This document shows, in pieces, positions 52,821 through 61,999 of a stretch of 64,000 nucleotides of DNA. The position numbers were made by a program, and so were the translations under genes. Every line of letters begins with the position of its first letter. Positions within the stretch are counted from its first letter, which is position 1. The stretch lies in the sequence record NC_048047.1, one strand, 5' to 3'. The notes below the pieces were generated by a model, which ran no database searches, was not told where the DNA came from, and saw only the letters and a list, made by a program, of their open reading frames with translations.

Positions 52821-53708
52821 ATGATCATCGATCGCATGCAGAAGGACGGGATCATCTTCCCGCCCAAATGGCTGCCGGCCAATACCCACTACCTGACTAT
52901 GATGGGCTCGATTGCCTATGCCGTGAGCGGTGACACGAGCGACTGCGACGTCGCCGGCTTCACCATTCCGTCCAAGGAAGTGATCTTCCCGCATCTGGCT
53001 GGCCACATCCCCGGTTTTGGCAAGCAGCCCGAGGCGTTCAACGTCTGGACTGAGCATCACAAGGTCGATCCGCGCACGGGCAAGGAATACGACTTCACGG
53101 TCTACTCGATCGTCAAGTTCTTCCAGCTTTGCCTGGAGAACAACCCCAACATGATCGACACGCTGTTCACGCCGCGCCGCTGCGTGCTGCATGCGTCCAA
53201 CATCGGCAACTACGTCCTGGAAAACCGCAAGCTGTTTCTCCACAAGGGCAGCTACCACAAGTTCCGGGGCTACGCCTACGCGCAACTGGCCAAGATCAGG
53301 TCCAAGCAGACCTCCGATAACCCCAAGCGCCAGGAGTCGATCGACAAGTACGGCTACGACGTCAAGCACGCCTACCACGTCGTGCGTCTGGCGCTGGAGG
53401 CCGAACAAATCCTGATCGAGGGCGACCTGGACCTGGAGCGCAACGCCGCCATCCTCAAGGACATCCGCGCCGGCCAGTGGAAGCTGGATCACCTGGAGCG
53501 CTGGTTCCAGGACAAGGAAAAGGCCCTGGAGGTCCTGCACGGCCAGTCGACCCTGCCCCACAAGGCCGACGAGGCCCAGATCAGGGCCGTGCTGATGCAC
53601 GCCCTGGAGATGCACTATGGCTCGATCTCCAAGGCGCTCGTCCGCGAGACCGATCTGGGCCGCGTCCTGGACGAGATGAAGGCGGTCATCGACCGGTACG
53701 CCGCGTGA
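52821..53708 (+). CDS. RlaP-like (Pol beta family) nucleotidyltransferase
   Basis: GSIAYA...SDCDVAG, NPNMIDTLF and KHAYHVVRL motifs. Confidence 0.75.
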   Translation: MIIDRMQKDGIIFPPKWLPANTHYLTMMGSIAYAVSGDTSDCDVAGFTIPSKEVIFPHLAGHIPGFGKQPEAFNVWTEHHKVDPRTGKEYDFTVYSIVKFFQLCLENNPNMIDTLFTPRRCVLHASNIGNYVLENRKLFLHKGSYHKFRGYAYAQLAKIRSKQTSDNPKRQESIDKYGYDVKHAYHVVRLALEAEQILIEGDLDLERNAAILKDIRAGQWKLDHLERWFQDKEKALEVLHGQSTLPHKADEAQIRAVLMHALEMHYGSISKALVRETDLGRVLDEMKAVIDRYAA

Positions 53709-54915
53709 GCGCCCTGCCCGTCACCAAGAACGGCATCGTCGACTGGGTTAGCGCCCAGGTGCCGCACTGGATGCCGCCGGCGGTCACCGCGCGCTACGAC
53801 GAGGACCCCGAGAACGGGCCGGTGGAGGATTTCACCAGCCCGGCCTCGCTCAAGACCCTGATGGCCGAGACCATCCCCTTCGGCGCGGTGATCGAGGAGG
53901 ACTTCTACTACCGGATCGGCTTCGTCCACGGCGCCCTGGCGCATGGGGCGGCCCGGTTCGACTGGCCCGAGGTCTATGCCGAACTAAAGGAGATCATGCG
54001 CGCTCGACGCGGTGAAGTCTCGCCCGCCACCCGCGAGAACCGCGCGCCCGAGCCGGCCAAGCGCTACAAGCACCCGGACTGGTACGAAGGCGATTGTCCC
54101 CATCTGGCTCCGTACCGGATCGCGGGCGGCTACGACGGCGAGGTTCTGCGGCGCTTTCCACTGCGCTACGGTAGCGCCGAGGTCGAGGTCTGCACGGCGT
54201 GTGACGCCTATCGTCTCAACGTCCACAATCCCAAGACGTGGTGGAAGGGACCCTATGCGGCTGCCTACGCCAAGGCCATGCGCGAGATGGAGGAAGAGTG
54301 CTGATGACCAAAGCCGACAAGCTACTCGCCCTGCTTGCGATCGCCGAGCGCGCCTTGCAGGAAATCTACCAAGGCGACAAGGGGCCGCTGCTCCTGGCCA
54401 ATCACCACGCCGCGCGCTGCTACCGCCGGGCGCTCGCCCAGGACGCCCTCAAGGAACTGGCGGTCACCCGCACCGCCCATCAGGACCTCTGATCCATGAC
54501 CACCATCATCTTCGACACCCTCCTTCACGCGCCTGTCGACCTCAAGCCTTTCCTGCGCCCCGAGAAGACGCCCAATCCGTCGGGCCGCTTCATCTTCGAG
54601 TTTGTCAGCGCCCAGGATCACGCCGACCTCTTCCAGGAACTGTCCTCCAAGATCGCCATCCACGAGCAGACCATCGCTGATCTGCGCGAGTCGATCACCA
54701 ACCTGGAGCAGGCCGTCCAGGACGAAGAAGCGATCACCGACCTCTACAAGGGCGTCGCCCAGCAGAACGCCGGCGCGGTCAAGGACCTCAAGCGGTTCAT
54801 CACCCAGGGCCTGGGCTACGACCCCGCCCCTCTGGCCGACATCGTCCGCCATCTCGACAACGTCGCCGGCCTGCTGGGGCCGGGCGAAGAACCCTCTAGC
54901 TCCATCCTCAACTAG
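53705..54915 (+). other. Three hypothetical genes
   Basis: CDSs at 53705-54304, 54304-54492 and 54497-54915. Confidence 0.65.
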
Positions 54916-54924
54916 GACCCCGCA

Positions 54925-55530
54925 ATGCCCATCCTCAACTTCACCGACTTCGACGACATCCCCGAATCCCTGCGCAGCTATGCCAAGGTCTCCTCGACCT
55001 CCACGGGCTTCGAGGTCGACGTCTCGCCGACCCTGAAGCTGGCCGAGTTCCGTGAACGGAACATCGAACTGGTCAACGAGCGCGATGGCGCCCTGGCCAA
55101 GGCCAATCGCAACCTCGAAGAAGAACTGGCCCGGCGCACCAAGGAGATGTTCGACACCTTCACCGCCCAGATCGCCGACCGCGACGCGGTGATCGCGGCG
55201 CTGCGCGAGCAGGTCGACCTGAATCTCGCCCTGGCCGAGAACAAGCAGCAGCAGATCAACACCCTGACGGGCTCGGCGATCGAGGACGCCCGCGTCATCG
55301 ACGCCCTGCTGGCCAATCTCGAAAAGGTCAAGGCTGTCGATATCGACTATCTGACCGCCGAACGCGACGCCTTCCGCCACTCGGCCCAGGAATGGCTGGC
55401 CCTGGCCGACGAGGCCGCTCGCGAGGTCGATCTGCTCTCCCAGTACATCCTGAGCAAGACCACCTTCGAGGCAGTCGCCGACGAGCACGAGGCGCTGGGC
55501 AAGATCGTCGACCTCCTCGCGATCCAGTAA
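54925..55530 (+). CDS. Coiled-coil protein whose N-terminus is paralogous to the scaffold candidate at 55946
   Basis: MPILNFTDFDDIPESLRSYAK...KLAEFRERNIEL versus MPIITFEDLNAVPEALRTYAK...KLSEFRDKNIEL. Confidence 0.75.
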   Translation: MPILNFTDFDDIPESLRSYAKVSSTSTGFEVDVSPTLKLAEFRERNIELVNERDGALAKANRNLEEELARRTKEMFDTFTAQIADRDAVIAALREQVDLNLALAENKQQQINTLTGSAIEDARVIDALLANLEKVKAVDIDYLTAERDAFRHSAQEWLALADEAAREVDLLSQYILSKTTFEAVADEHEALGKIVDLLAIQ

Positions 55531-55553
55531 ACCTCTAGCCAATTCAAACAATT

Positions 55554-55587
55554 AGGCCCGCCACGATGTCCTCGTGGCGGGCCTTTT
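55554..55587 (+). terminator. Intrinsic terminator ending the accessory run
   Basis: AGGCCCGCCAC...GTGGCGGGCCTTTT. Confidence 0.85.
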
Positions 55588-55945
55588 GCTTTTCGTCATC
55601 GACCTGGGCAGGTCATCGGCGACGGACCCACAAGGAGACACCCAAGTCGGTCCGCCGCCGGGGCGCTTCGGTCGGTGGGGGCACCGCGCGCGCCTTCATG
55701 AACACTGCCCAAGAAGATTGTCATCGTCAACCCAAAGAAAGCACTTGACTCGCGACGCAAATGGCGCCGTGACGCATTTCTTGACATTAGGAATATTTTC
55801 CTATACGTTGCGCCTCAATCCCGACAAAAGCGGCGGTGGCGCCCCTGCCACGGCCAACCAGTGTGTCTTTAGCTCGACTGCACGAGACGGGTCGTCACGC
55901 GCGCTCCCCAGGGTGGGGCTGCCAACCGAGAAAGTCTGAATTTAC

Positions 55946-56767
55946 ATGCCCATCATCACCTTCGAGGACCTGAACGCGGTCCCGGAAGCCCTCCGTACCT
56001 ACGCCAAGACCGAAGAAGCGACCGGTAAGGTTACCGTCAACGTCGTTCCCGAGGTCAAGCTGTCGGAGTTTCGCGACAAGAACATCGAACTGACGAAGTC
56101 CAACGAAGACCTGAACGCCAAGGTCACTCTGCTTTCGGGCATCGTCGGTGAAGACCCGGACGCCTTCAAGGCCGACATCGCTGACATGCGCGCCGTGCGG
56201 CAGCGCGTCTCCGACGGTGAACTGCGTGAAGGTCGCCAGATCGAAGAAGCCATCGCCAAGCGCACCGAGGAAATGCGCAAGGGCTACACCGACCAACTGA
56301 CGGCCGAGAGCCGTGAGAAGGCTCTGTGGAAGCAGAAGTGGGAACAGGAGAACCAGAAGTACAAGGAGCAGATCGTCGTCGGCGCGATCAAGGATGCTTG
56401 TATGGACCCGTCGCTGGGCGTCATCGCCTCGGCCATCGGCGACATCACGCAGCGCGCCAAGTCGGTCTTCCGCGTTTCGGACGACGGTCGTCTGACGGCC
56501 TACAACGGTGAAGCCGTGATCTACGGCGGTGACGGCACCTCGTCGATCACCCCCAAGGATTGGGTCGGCAAGCTGAAGGACGAGGCCGACTACTTCTTCA
56601 AGGGCAGCCACGGTGGTGGCGCCGGCGGTGAAGGCGGTCGTGGTGGTTCGTCGACCGACAAGAAGGTCGCCGGCAAGTATTCGCCCGAGCAGTGGGCCAA
56701 GATGGACGCTCGCGCCCGTCTGGCCGCCGCCAACGGTCAAGACCCCAACGCGGCGCTGGGTTTCTAA
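55946..56767 (+). CDS. Putative capsid scaffolding protein
   Basis: Lies directly upstream of the MCP; helical and charged, with a FFKGSHGGGAGG tail typical of scaffolds. Confidence 0.7.
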   Translation: MPIITFEDLNAVPEALRTYAKTEEATGKVTVNVVPEVKLSEFRDKNIELTKSNEDLNAKVTLLSGIVGEDPDAFKADIADMRAVRQRVSDGELREGRQIEEAIAKRTEEMRKGYTDQLTAESREKALWKQKWEQENQKYKEQIVVGAIKDACMDPSLGVIASAIGDITQRAKSVFRVSDDGRLTAYNGEAVIYGGDGTSSITPKDWVGKLKDEADYFFKGSHGGGAGGEGGRGGSSTDKKVAGKYSPEQWAKMDARARLAAANGQDPNAALGF

Positions 56768-56969
56768 GCGTCCAACCGGTTTGCAGGCCCGCGCGGTGAT
56801 CCGCTGCGGGCCTCGCCACCCACGAGTTTCGCAAGCGGCCCACTCGACCCCAGGTCGGCGGGCTGATGGCGCAAAAGCATACCCTCGGTGCCGCTGACGG
56901 CCGAGGGGCGATCCGAGGCGGGGGCCGTCTCTCAACTGTCAGTAATTTACACCAAGAGGAGCTAGCCCA

Positions 56970-57905
56970 ATGGCTGCTTTGACCCTTCTGCAAGCCGCCG
57001 AAATGGCGAACGGCCGCGACGAAGTTAAGCGCGGCGCTATCATCGAACTGTTCGCGGAGCCCGATCTGCTGCGCGTCCTGCCGTTCATGAACGTGACCGG
57101 CTCGGCCTACTCGTACATCCAAGAAGGCCAACTGCCCGGCGTCGCCTTCCGTGGTATCAACGAGTCGTACACCACCACGACCGGCGTCGTGAACCCGCAG
57201 ACCGAGCGCCTGCGCATCGCCGGTGGTGACCTGGACGTCGACAAGTCGCTGATCAAGACCCACGGCGCCGACGTGCGCGGCACCCAAGAAGCCATGAAGG
57301 TCAAGGCCCTGGCCCTGTACCTCGCTGGCAAGATCGTCAACGGCGACAGCGAAGCCGATCCGCGTGAGTTCGACGGCCTGCGCAAGCGCATCGTCGGCGA
57401 CCAACTGATCCCGGCCGGCGCCTCGTCCGGTGGTGACGCTCTCTCGCTGACGGTGCTGGACACCGCCATCGACCAAGTCGACGGCGCGACCCACATCATC
57501 ATGTCGAAGAAGATGCGCAACCGTCTGAACGCGGCTTCGCGTCAGACCGGCGTCGCGGGCTTCATCACCTGGGACAAGAACGAGTTCGGCACCCGTATCG
57601 CGTTCTACAACGACCTGCCGATCCTCGTCACCGACTACGATGACAAGAACCAGCAAGTCATCGCCTTCAACGAAGCCAACCCCGGTGGTGGCGCGACCGT
57701 CGGCACCTCGATCTACGTCGTGAACATCTCGGAAGCCGGCGTTGTCGGTCTCCAGAACGGCGTGATGGACGTCACCGACCTGGGCGAAGTCCAAGACAAG
57801 CCGGTGCTCCGCACCCGCGTCGAGTGGCTGATCTCGCTCGCCGTCCTGAACGGCCGCGCTGCGGCCCGTATCTGGGGCATCAAGGACGCGGCGGTGGTGG
57901 CCTAA
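56970..57905 (+). CDS. Major capsid protein (HK97 fold)
   Basis: 311 aa. LLRVLPF, GVAFRGINE, IAGGDLDVD, EFDGLRKRI and LRTRVEW motifs; strongly biased codon usage; SD GAGGAG. Confidence 0.9.
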   Translation: MAALTLLQAAEMANGRDEVKRGAIIELFAEPDLLRVLPFMNVTGSAYSYIQEGQLPGVAFRGINESYTTTTGVVNPQTERLRIAGGDLDVDKSLIKTHGADVRGTQEAMKVKALALYLAGKIVNGDSEADPREFDGLRKRIVGDQLIPAGASSGGDALSLTVLDTAIDQVDGATHIIMSKKMRNRLNAASRQTGVAGFITWDKNEFGTRIAFYNDLPILVTDYDDKNQQVIAFNEANPGGGATVGTSIYVVNISEAGVVGLQNGVMDVTDLGEVQDKPVLRTRVEWLISLAVLNGRAAARIWGIKDAAVVA

Positions 57906-58005
57906 CGGTCACTACCACCCCCTCCTTCTAGGATCGTGAGGGAGGGCCTTCGGGCTCTCCCATCACCCTCCTTCTTCAACCTCTTTTTCTAGGGAAGCTC
58001 CTGAT

Positions 58006-58446
58006 ATGGAATCCGCCGTCCGTCACCAATACGATGCCGCGCTCGCCCTGCAAGCGATCGGCTCGGCCGCTGTCACCGCCACCGCCGTGGGCACCGGTAA
58101 GATCAGCCTGCAACGCCTGACCGCCGGTCGTGGCGACCTCCTGAACCGCTACGGCCAAGGCGCCTTCGACGTCGTGGTCTACTTCTCGGCCATCGACACC
58201 ACGTCGGGCAACGAGACGTACGAACTGCAATTCTGCACCTACGACGCCGCCGGCGCCAACGAGACCGTCGTCGAAAAGGCCACCATCACGGCGGCCCAGG
58301 TCGGTGAAGTCCTGGAATTCAAGTTCCAGCCGATCACCCTCCAGAAGTTCGACGCCGACGCCGCCCAGTTCGGTGTCAAGCTGGTCCTGGCCGGCACCAC
58401 GCCGTCGGCGACCTACTACGCCTTCGCCTCGCAGGACACCCACTAA
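58006..58446 (+). CDS. Minor capsid/decoration protein
   Basis: Beta-rich 146-aa protein immediately after the MCP, the usual position in phiCbK-like phages. Confidence 0.6.
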   Translation: MESAVRHQYDAALALQAIGSAAVTATAVGTGKISLQRLTAGRGDLLNRYGQGAFDVVVYFSAIDTTSGNETYELQFCTYDAAGANETVVEKATITAAQVGEVLEFKFQPITLQKFDADAAQFGVKLVLAGTTPSATYYAFASQDTH

Positions 58447-58482
58447 CCCTGGGTTTCCTGCCGCAAGGCACTGACTACCAAG

Positions 58483-58512
58483 AAGCCGCTGGCCCAAAAC
58501 CGGCGGCTTTTT
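58483..58512 (+). terminator. Intrinsic terminator after the capsid genes
   Basis: AAGCCGC...GCGGCTTTTT. Confidence 0.75.
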
Positions 58513-58736
58513 GCTGCCTGCATCAGGCCTTTATGCTGTAAATGACATAAGCGGATTTTATGCTCGAAACGGCATAAACCGTGTCGCGGAACATGACGCT
58601 TGACAGTGAGCGTGACATGTGCCGCATTTCTTGACACGGCTCATTAACCATGTCATCAAGATACCCTCTTCCGCACGCCCGCGAGTGGCGTCGCGTTGGC
58701 CGCCTTCAGGCCCACCCCCACCACATCGAGAGCCTC

Positions 58737-59534
58737 ATGTCGATCACCCACGTCACCATCTACAATGAAGACGGCGAAGCCGAGACGCACACCCGCCTGA
58801 ACGCCGTCGATCTCGTCCGCAACAACGGCTACAGCTACAAGTACGGCAAGACCTACACCCCGGTCGACAGCGCCGCCTACGCCCAGGCCAAGGCCCCGGC
58901 CAACACGCCCGAGCCGGCGCACGCCGTCCTGGCCTCGGTCGGCAGCGGATCGGCCATCGGCGCCATGGACCAGCCGGTCACCTTCAACGCCCCGGTCGCC
59001 GAGACCGTCGCGCCGGTCGAAGAAGTCTTCGACGCCGGCAAGGAAGACGACACCCCGGTCGTGGCCACCGAGAGCAAGCCGGCCCGTCGTGGTCGTCCCT
59101 CCAAGGCCCAACTGGAAGCCGAAGCCGCCGCTGCGGCCGGCGAATAAGCCTCACGGCCAGGGCGCGATCAGTACCGCGTCCTGAGCCTGCGTCCAGCTTG
59201 AGCCCGCCGATCTGTTCGGCGGGCTTTGCTGTATCCCCCAGGAGAACCCATGGATACGCCCATCACGTTCGGCACGACCGACAAGCAAACGCTGGTCGAA
59301 GGTACGCCCAACACCTTCACGCCGAGCAAGCCCTATACCGCCGTGACCATCCACAGCGACCGCAATCTCTATGTCCGCCTGGACGGTGAGGACGCGGCCG
59401 ACACCGATTTCTACTGGCTCAAGGACGCCTACCTGACCGTGCGCGTCGAGTGGGGCGTGCCCGTTTCGGTTCTCGTCGCCGATGACCAAGACAGCGGCGG
59501 CGTGGTGCGCTTCACCGAGACGGCGGTCGTCTAA
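58737..59534 (+). other. Two small putative virion-associated genes
   Basis: CDSs at 58737-59147 and 59250-59534, with SD sequences. Confidence 0.65.
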
Positions 59535-59537
59535 CAC

Positions 59538-59933
59538 ATGCCTTCGCTCTCCTACTCCGTTCACGCCAAGTTCTTCAACTGGATGAAGGGCGCCACCTTC
59601 GGGACCGCGCCGTCTTCGCTGAAGGTCGCCCTGCTGACCGCCGCGCCCAACCCCGACGGCTCGGGCATCGTCGAGCCCGTTGGCGGAGGCTATGCGCGCC
59701 AACCCTTGACCCTGAGTCCCATCACGGTCGCCGAAGGCATCTCCACGGTCAAGAACGACAACGCCATCATCTTCGGCGCCGCCACCGCCCAATGGCCGGC
59801 AGTCACGCACCTGGGGGTCTTCGGTAGCGATGGAACGCTGCTGTTCTACGGGCCGCTGGCTGCCTCGCGCGTCTGCACCGTCGGCGACAGCATCGCCTTC
59901 GGCATCGGCGCGGTGCAACTGCGTCTGCGGTGA
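59538..59933 (+). CDS. Small structural protein of the family often annotated phage tail fibre protein
   Basis: LKVALLTAAP...EPVGGGYARQ...N.NAIIFGAAT..W..VTHLG...G.LLFYGPL; paralog at 61625. Confidence 0.65.
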   Translation: MPSLSYSVHAKFFNWMKGATFGTAPSSLKVALLTAAPNPDGSGIVEPVGGGYARQPLTLSPITVAEGISTVKNDNAIIFGAATAQWPAVTHLGVFGSDGTLLFYGPLAASRVCTVGDSIAFGIGAVQLRLR

Positions 59934-61374
59934 CCGCGCTTTCGGCATCCTTCGTCGGCAACGGCGGCGCGATCCCCGACCAGCCCCTGGCTCGGCCCAA
60001 GCTGCTGCTCTACGTCGAAGCCGCCATCCTGTCCGACTCCTGGGGCTCGATCCCTGATCCGGCCGGCACCATGGACGGCGGCGCCGATCTTTTCGCCGAC
60101 ACCTCCGGCTCGATCTGGGAGAACGCAGCCTACGGGCTCAAGGTCACCCTGTTTGCCAACGCCGTGGCCAACATGTCGTTTGGCGACGACGTCATTGCCG
60201 TTGTCGATGACCCCTCGACCGCCTGTGTCGCCCTTGGCGGCGCCATAGAGGAGTCGATCGAAGCCGTTCTCGACATCCCCAAGCTCCTGGCCATCACCGA
60301 AGCCCAGGTCGCCGGCCTGGGGGCGGTCCTGCGCGAGGCAGGGCTTGATCCCGATCATCCTGACGACCCCGACGACACCAATTTCGTACTCATCTTCAAC
60401 GCCGGTCTCTGAAGGATCACATGGCCACTCTCGTTTCCCGTATCTCTGATCTTGCCACGCGCATCTCCGCCGAAATCAAGGCGCTGCGCACCCTGGTCAA
60501 TGGCAATGCCGCCGACCTCTCGGCGCTGACGACCACGACCAAGACCAACCTCGTGGCCGCGCTCAACGAACTGCGCGCCTACACCATGGCGATCATCGAC
60601 GACACCGCCACCTCCGCCTCGACCTCCAAGGCTTGGTCGGCCAGCAAGGTCACCACCCAGATCAACGCGGCCATCACCTCCCTGGTCAACGGCTCGCCCA
60701 CCGCCCTGGACACGCTAAAGGAACTGGCCGACGCCTTGGGCGACGACCCCAACTTCGCCGCCACCATGACCACCGCCCTGGGCAACCGCGTGCGGGTCGA
60801 CGCCGCCCAGACCTTCACGGCGCTCCAGACCGCCCAGGCGCGCACCAACATCGATGCGGCCCAGGCCAGCGCCATCGGTGATCCTGACACCAACTACGTC
60901 ACCATCTTCAACACTGGCCTGACCTAAGCAGGAAGGCCCATGGCCACCCTCATTTCTCGTATCAGTGATCTGGCGGTGGCCATCCGCACCAAGATCAACG
61001 CCATGATGCCCCGCCTCCTGCCTTCTGGCGGGATCGCGGGGCAAAAGCTCGTCAAGACCTCAAGCTCTGACTATGCGGTGGGCTGGGGCGAGCGCTCGGT
61101 GGTTTTCACCGGCACCACCGACGCCAACGGACTGGCGACGATCACCTTCACGCCAGCCTTCACGACAGCGCCATATGTGAGCGGGCAGGTGGATCAAGCC
61201 TCCACCGCCAATCCCGTGCGAATGGCCACCGTCCAGGTCTTGGACCGCACGGCCACGGGCTGCAAGATCAAGACCATGCGCCACGCGGTCACCGCCGTGC
61301 TCATCGGCGGCAACATCCCCGGCGCCGAGGCCATGCCCAGCGCCGCGTACATCCTCAGGGTCATCGGCACTTAA
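59930..61374 (+). other. Three fibre-like structural genes sharing terminal motifs
   Basis: CDSs at 59930-60412, 60421-60927 (LDTLKELADALGDDPNFAATMTTALG tail-fibre-type repeat) and 60940-61374. Confidence 0.65.
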
Positions 61375-61462
61375 GCCCGTTTCCATGACGCCATTCTTGA
61401 CACGAGTCACAATCTGTGGCACATGTCAAGATCAATTTCCCCAAAAATTTGGAGAGCGCGCC

Positions 61463-61603
61463 ATGCGTCGTATCGACGTGCGTCACGAGGGTTACGGCGG
61501 CCTGAAGGTCGATCCCTATAACACCCTGGGCGATGGGGGCGGCGGCTGTGTCGGAGACGGCGGCTCCGAAGGCATCCAGCCCGATGGCGGGACCCGAGTT
61601 TAA
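61463..61603 (+). CDS. Small Gly-rich hypothetical protein, 46 aa
   Basis: SD GGAGAG; ATG at 61463. Confidence 0.5.
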   Translation: MRRIDVRHEGYGGLKVDPYNTLGDGGGGCVGDGGSEGIQPDGGTRV

Positions 61604-61624
61604 CCTTAACCAGCGGACCCTTCA

Positions 61625-61996
61625 GTGCCGAATTTCACCTACACCATCCACGACGAACTGGTCGATCGCCTTGCTGGCGCTAAGGCCGGCGTCCTGACGG
61701 CTGCGCCGCTGCCGGATGGCACGGGCGTGTTCGAGCCCAATGTCGCCGACGGCTACGCGCGCCAGGACTTCGTCTTCACCACGACCCAGGCCCAGGGCGT
61801 GACCACCATCTCCAACGCCCAGCCGCTGGTCTTTGGTCCGGCCATCAACGAATGGCTGGCCGTCACCTATTTTGGCCTCTTCGACGGGGTCAACGGCGAC
61901 CTGCTGCTCTATGGCCGCCTGCGTTCCACGCGCGTGGCCCACGCCGGCGACAGCCTTTCCTTCCAAGTTGATGCGATCAACATCGGGCTGCGGTAA
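61625..61996 (+). CDS. Paralog of the 59538 structural protein
   Basis: GYARQ, ISNAQPLVFGPA..W..VTYFG, G.LLLYGRL. Confidence 0.65.
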   Translation: MPNFTYTIHDELVDRLAGAKAGVLTAAPLPDGTGVFEPNVADGYARQDFVFTTTQAQGVTTISNAQPLVFGPAINEWLAVTYFGLFDGVNGDLLLYGRLRSTRVAHAGDSLSFQVDAINIGLR

Positions 61997-61999
61997 TTC

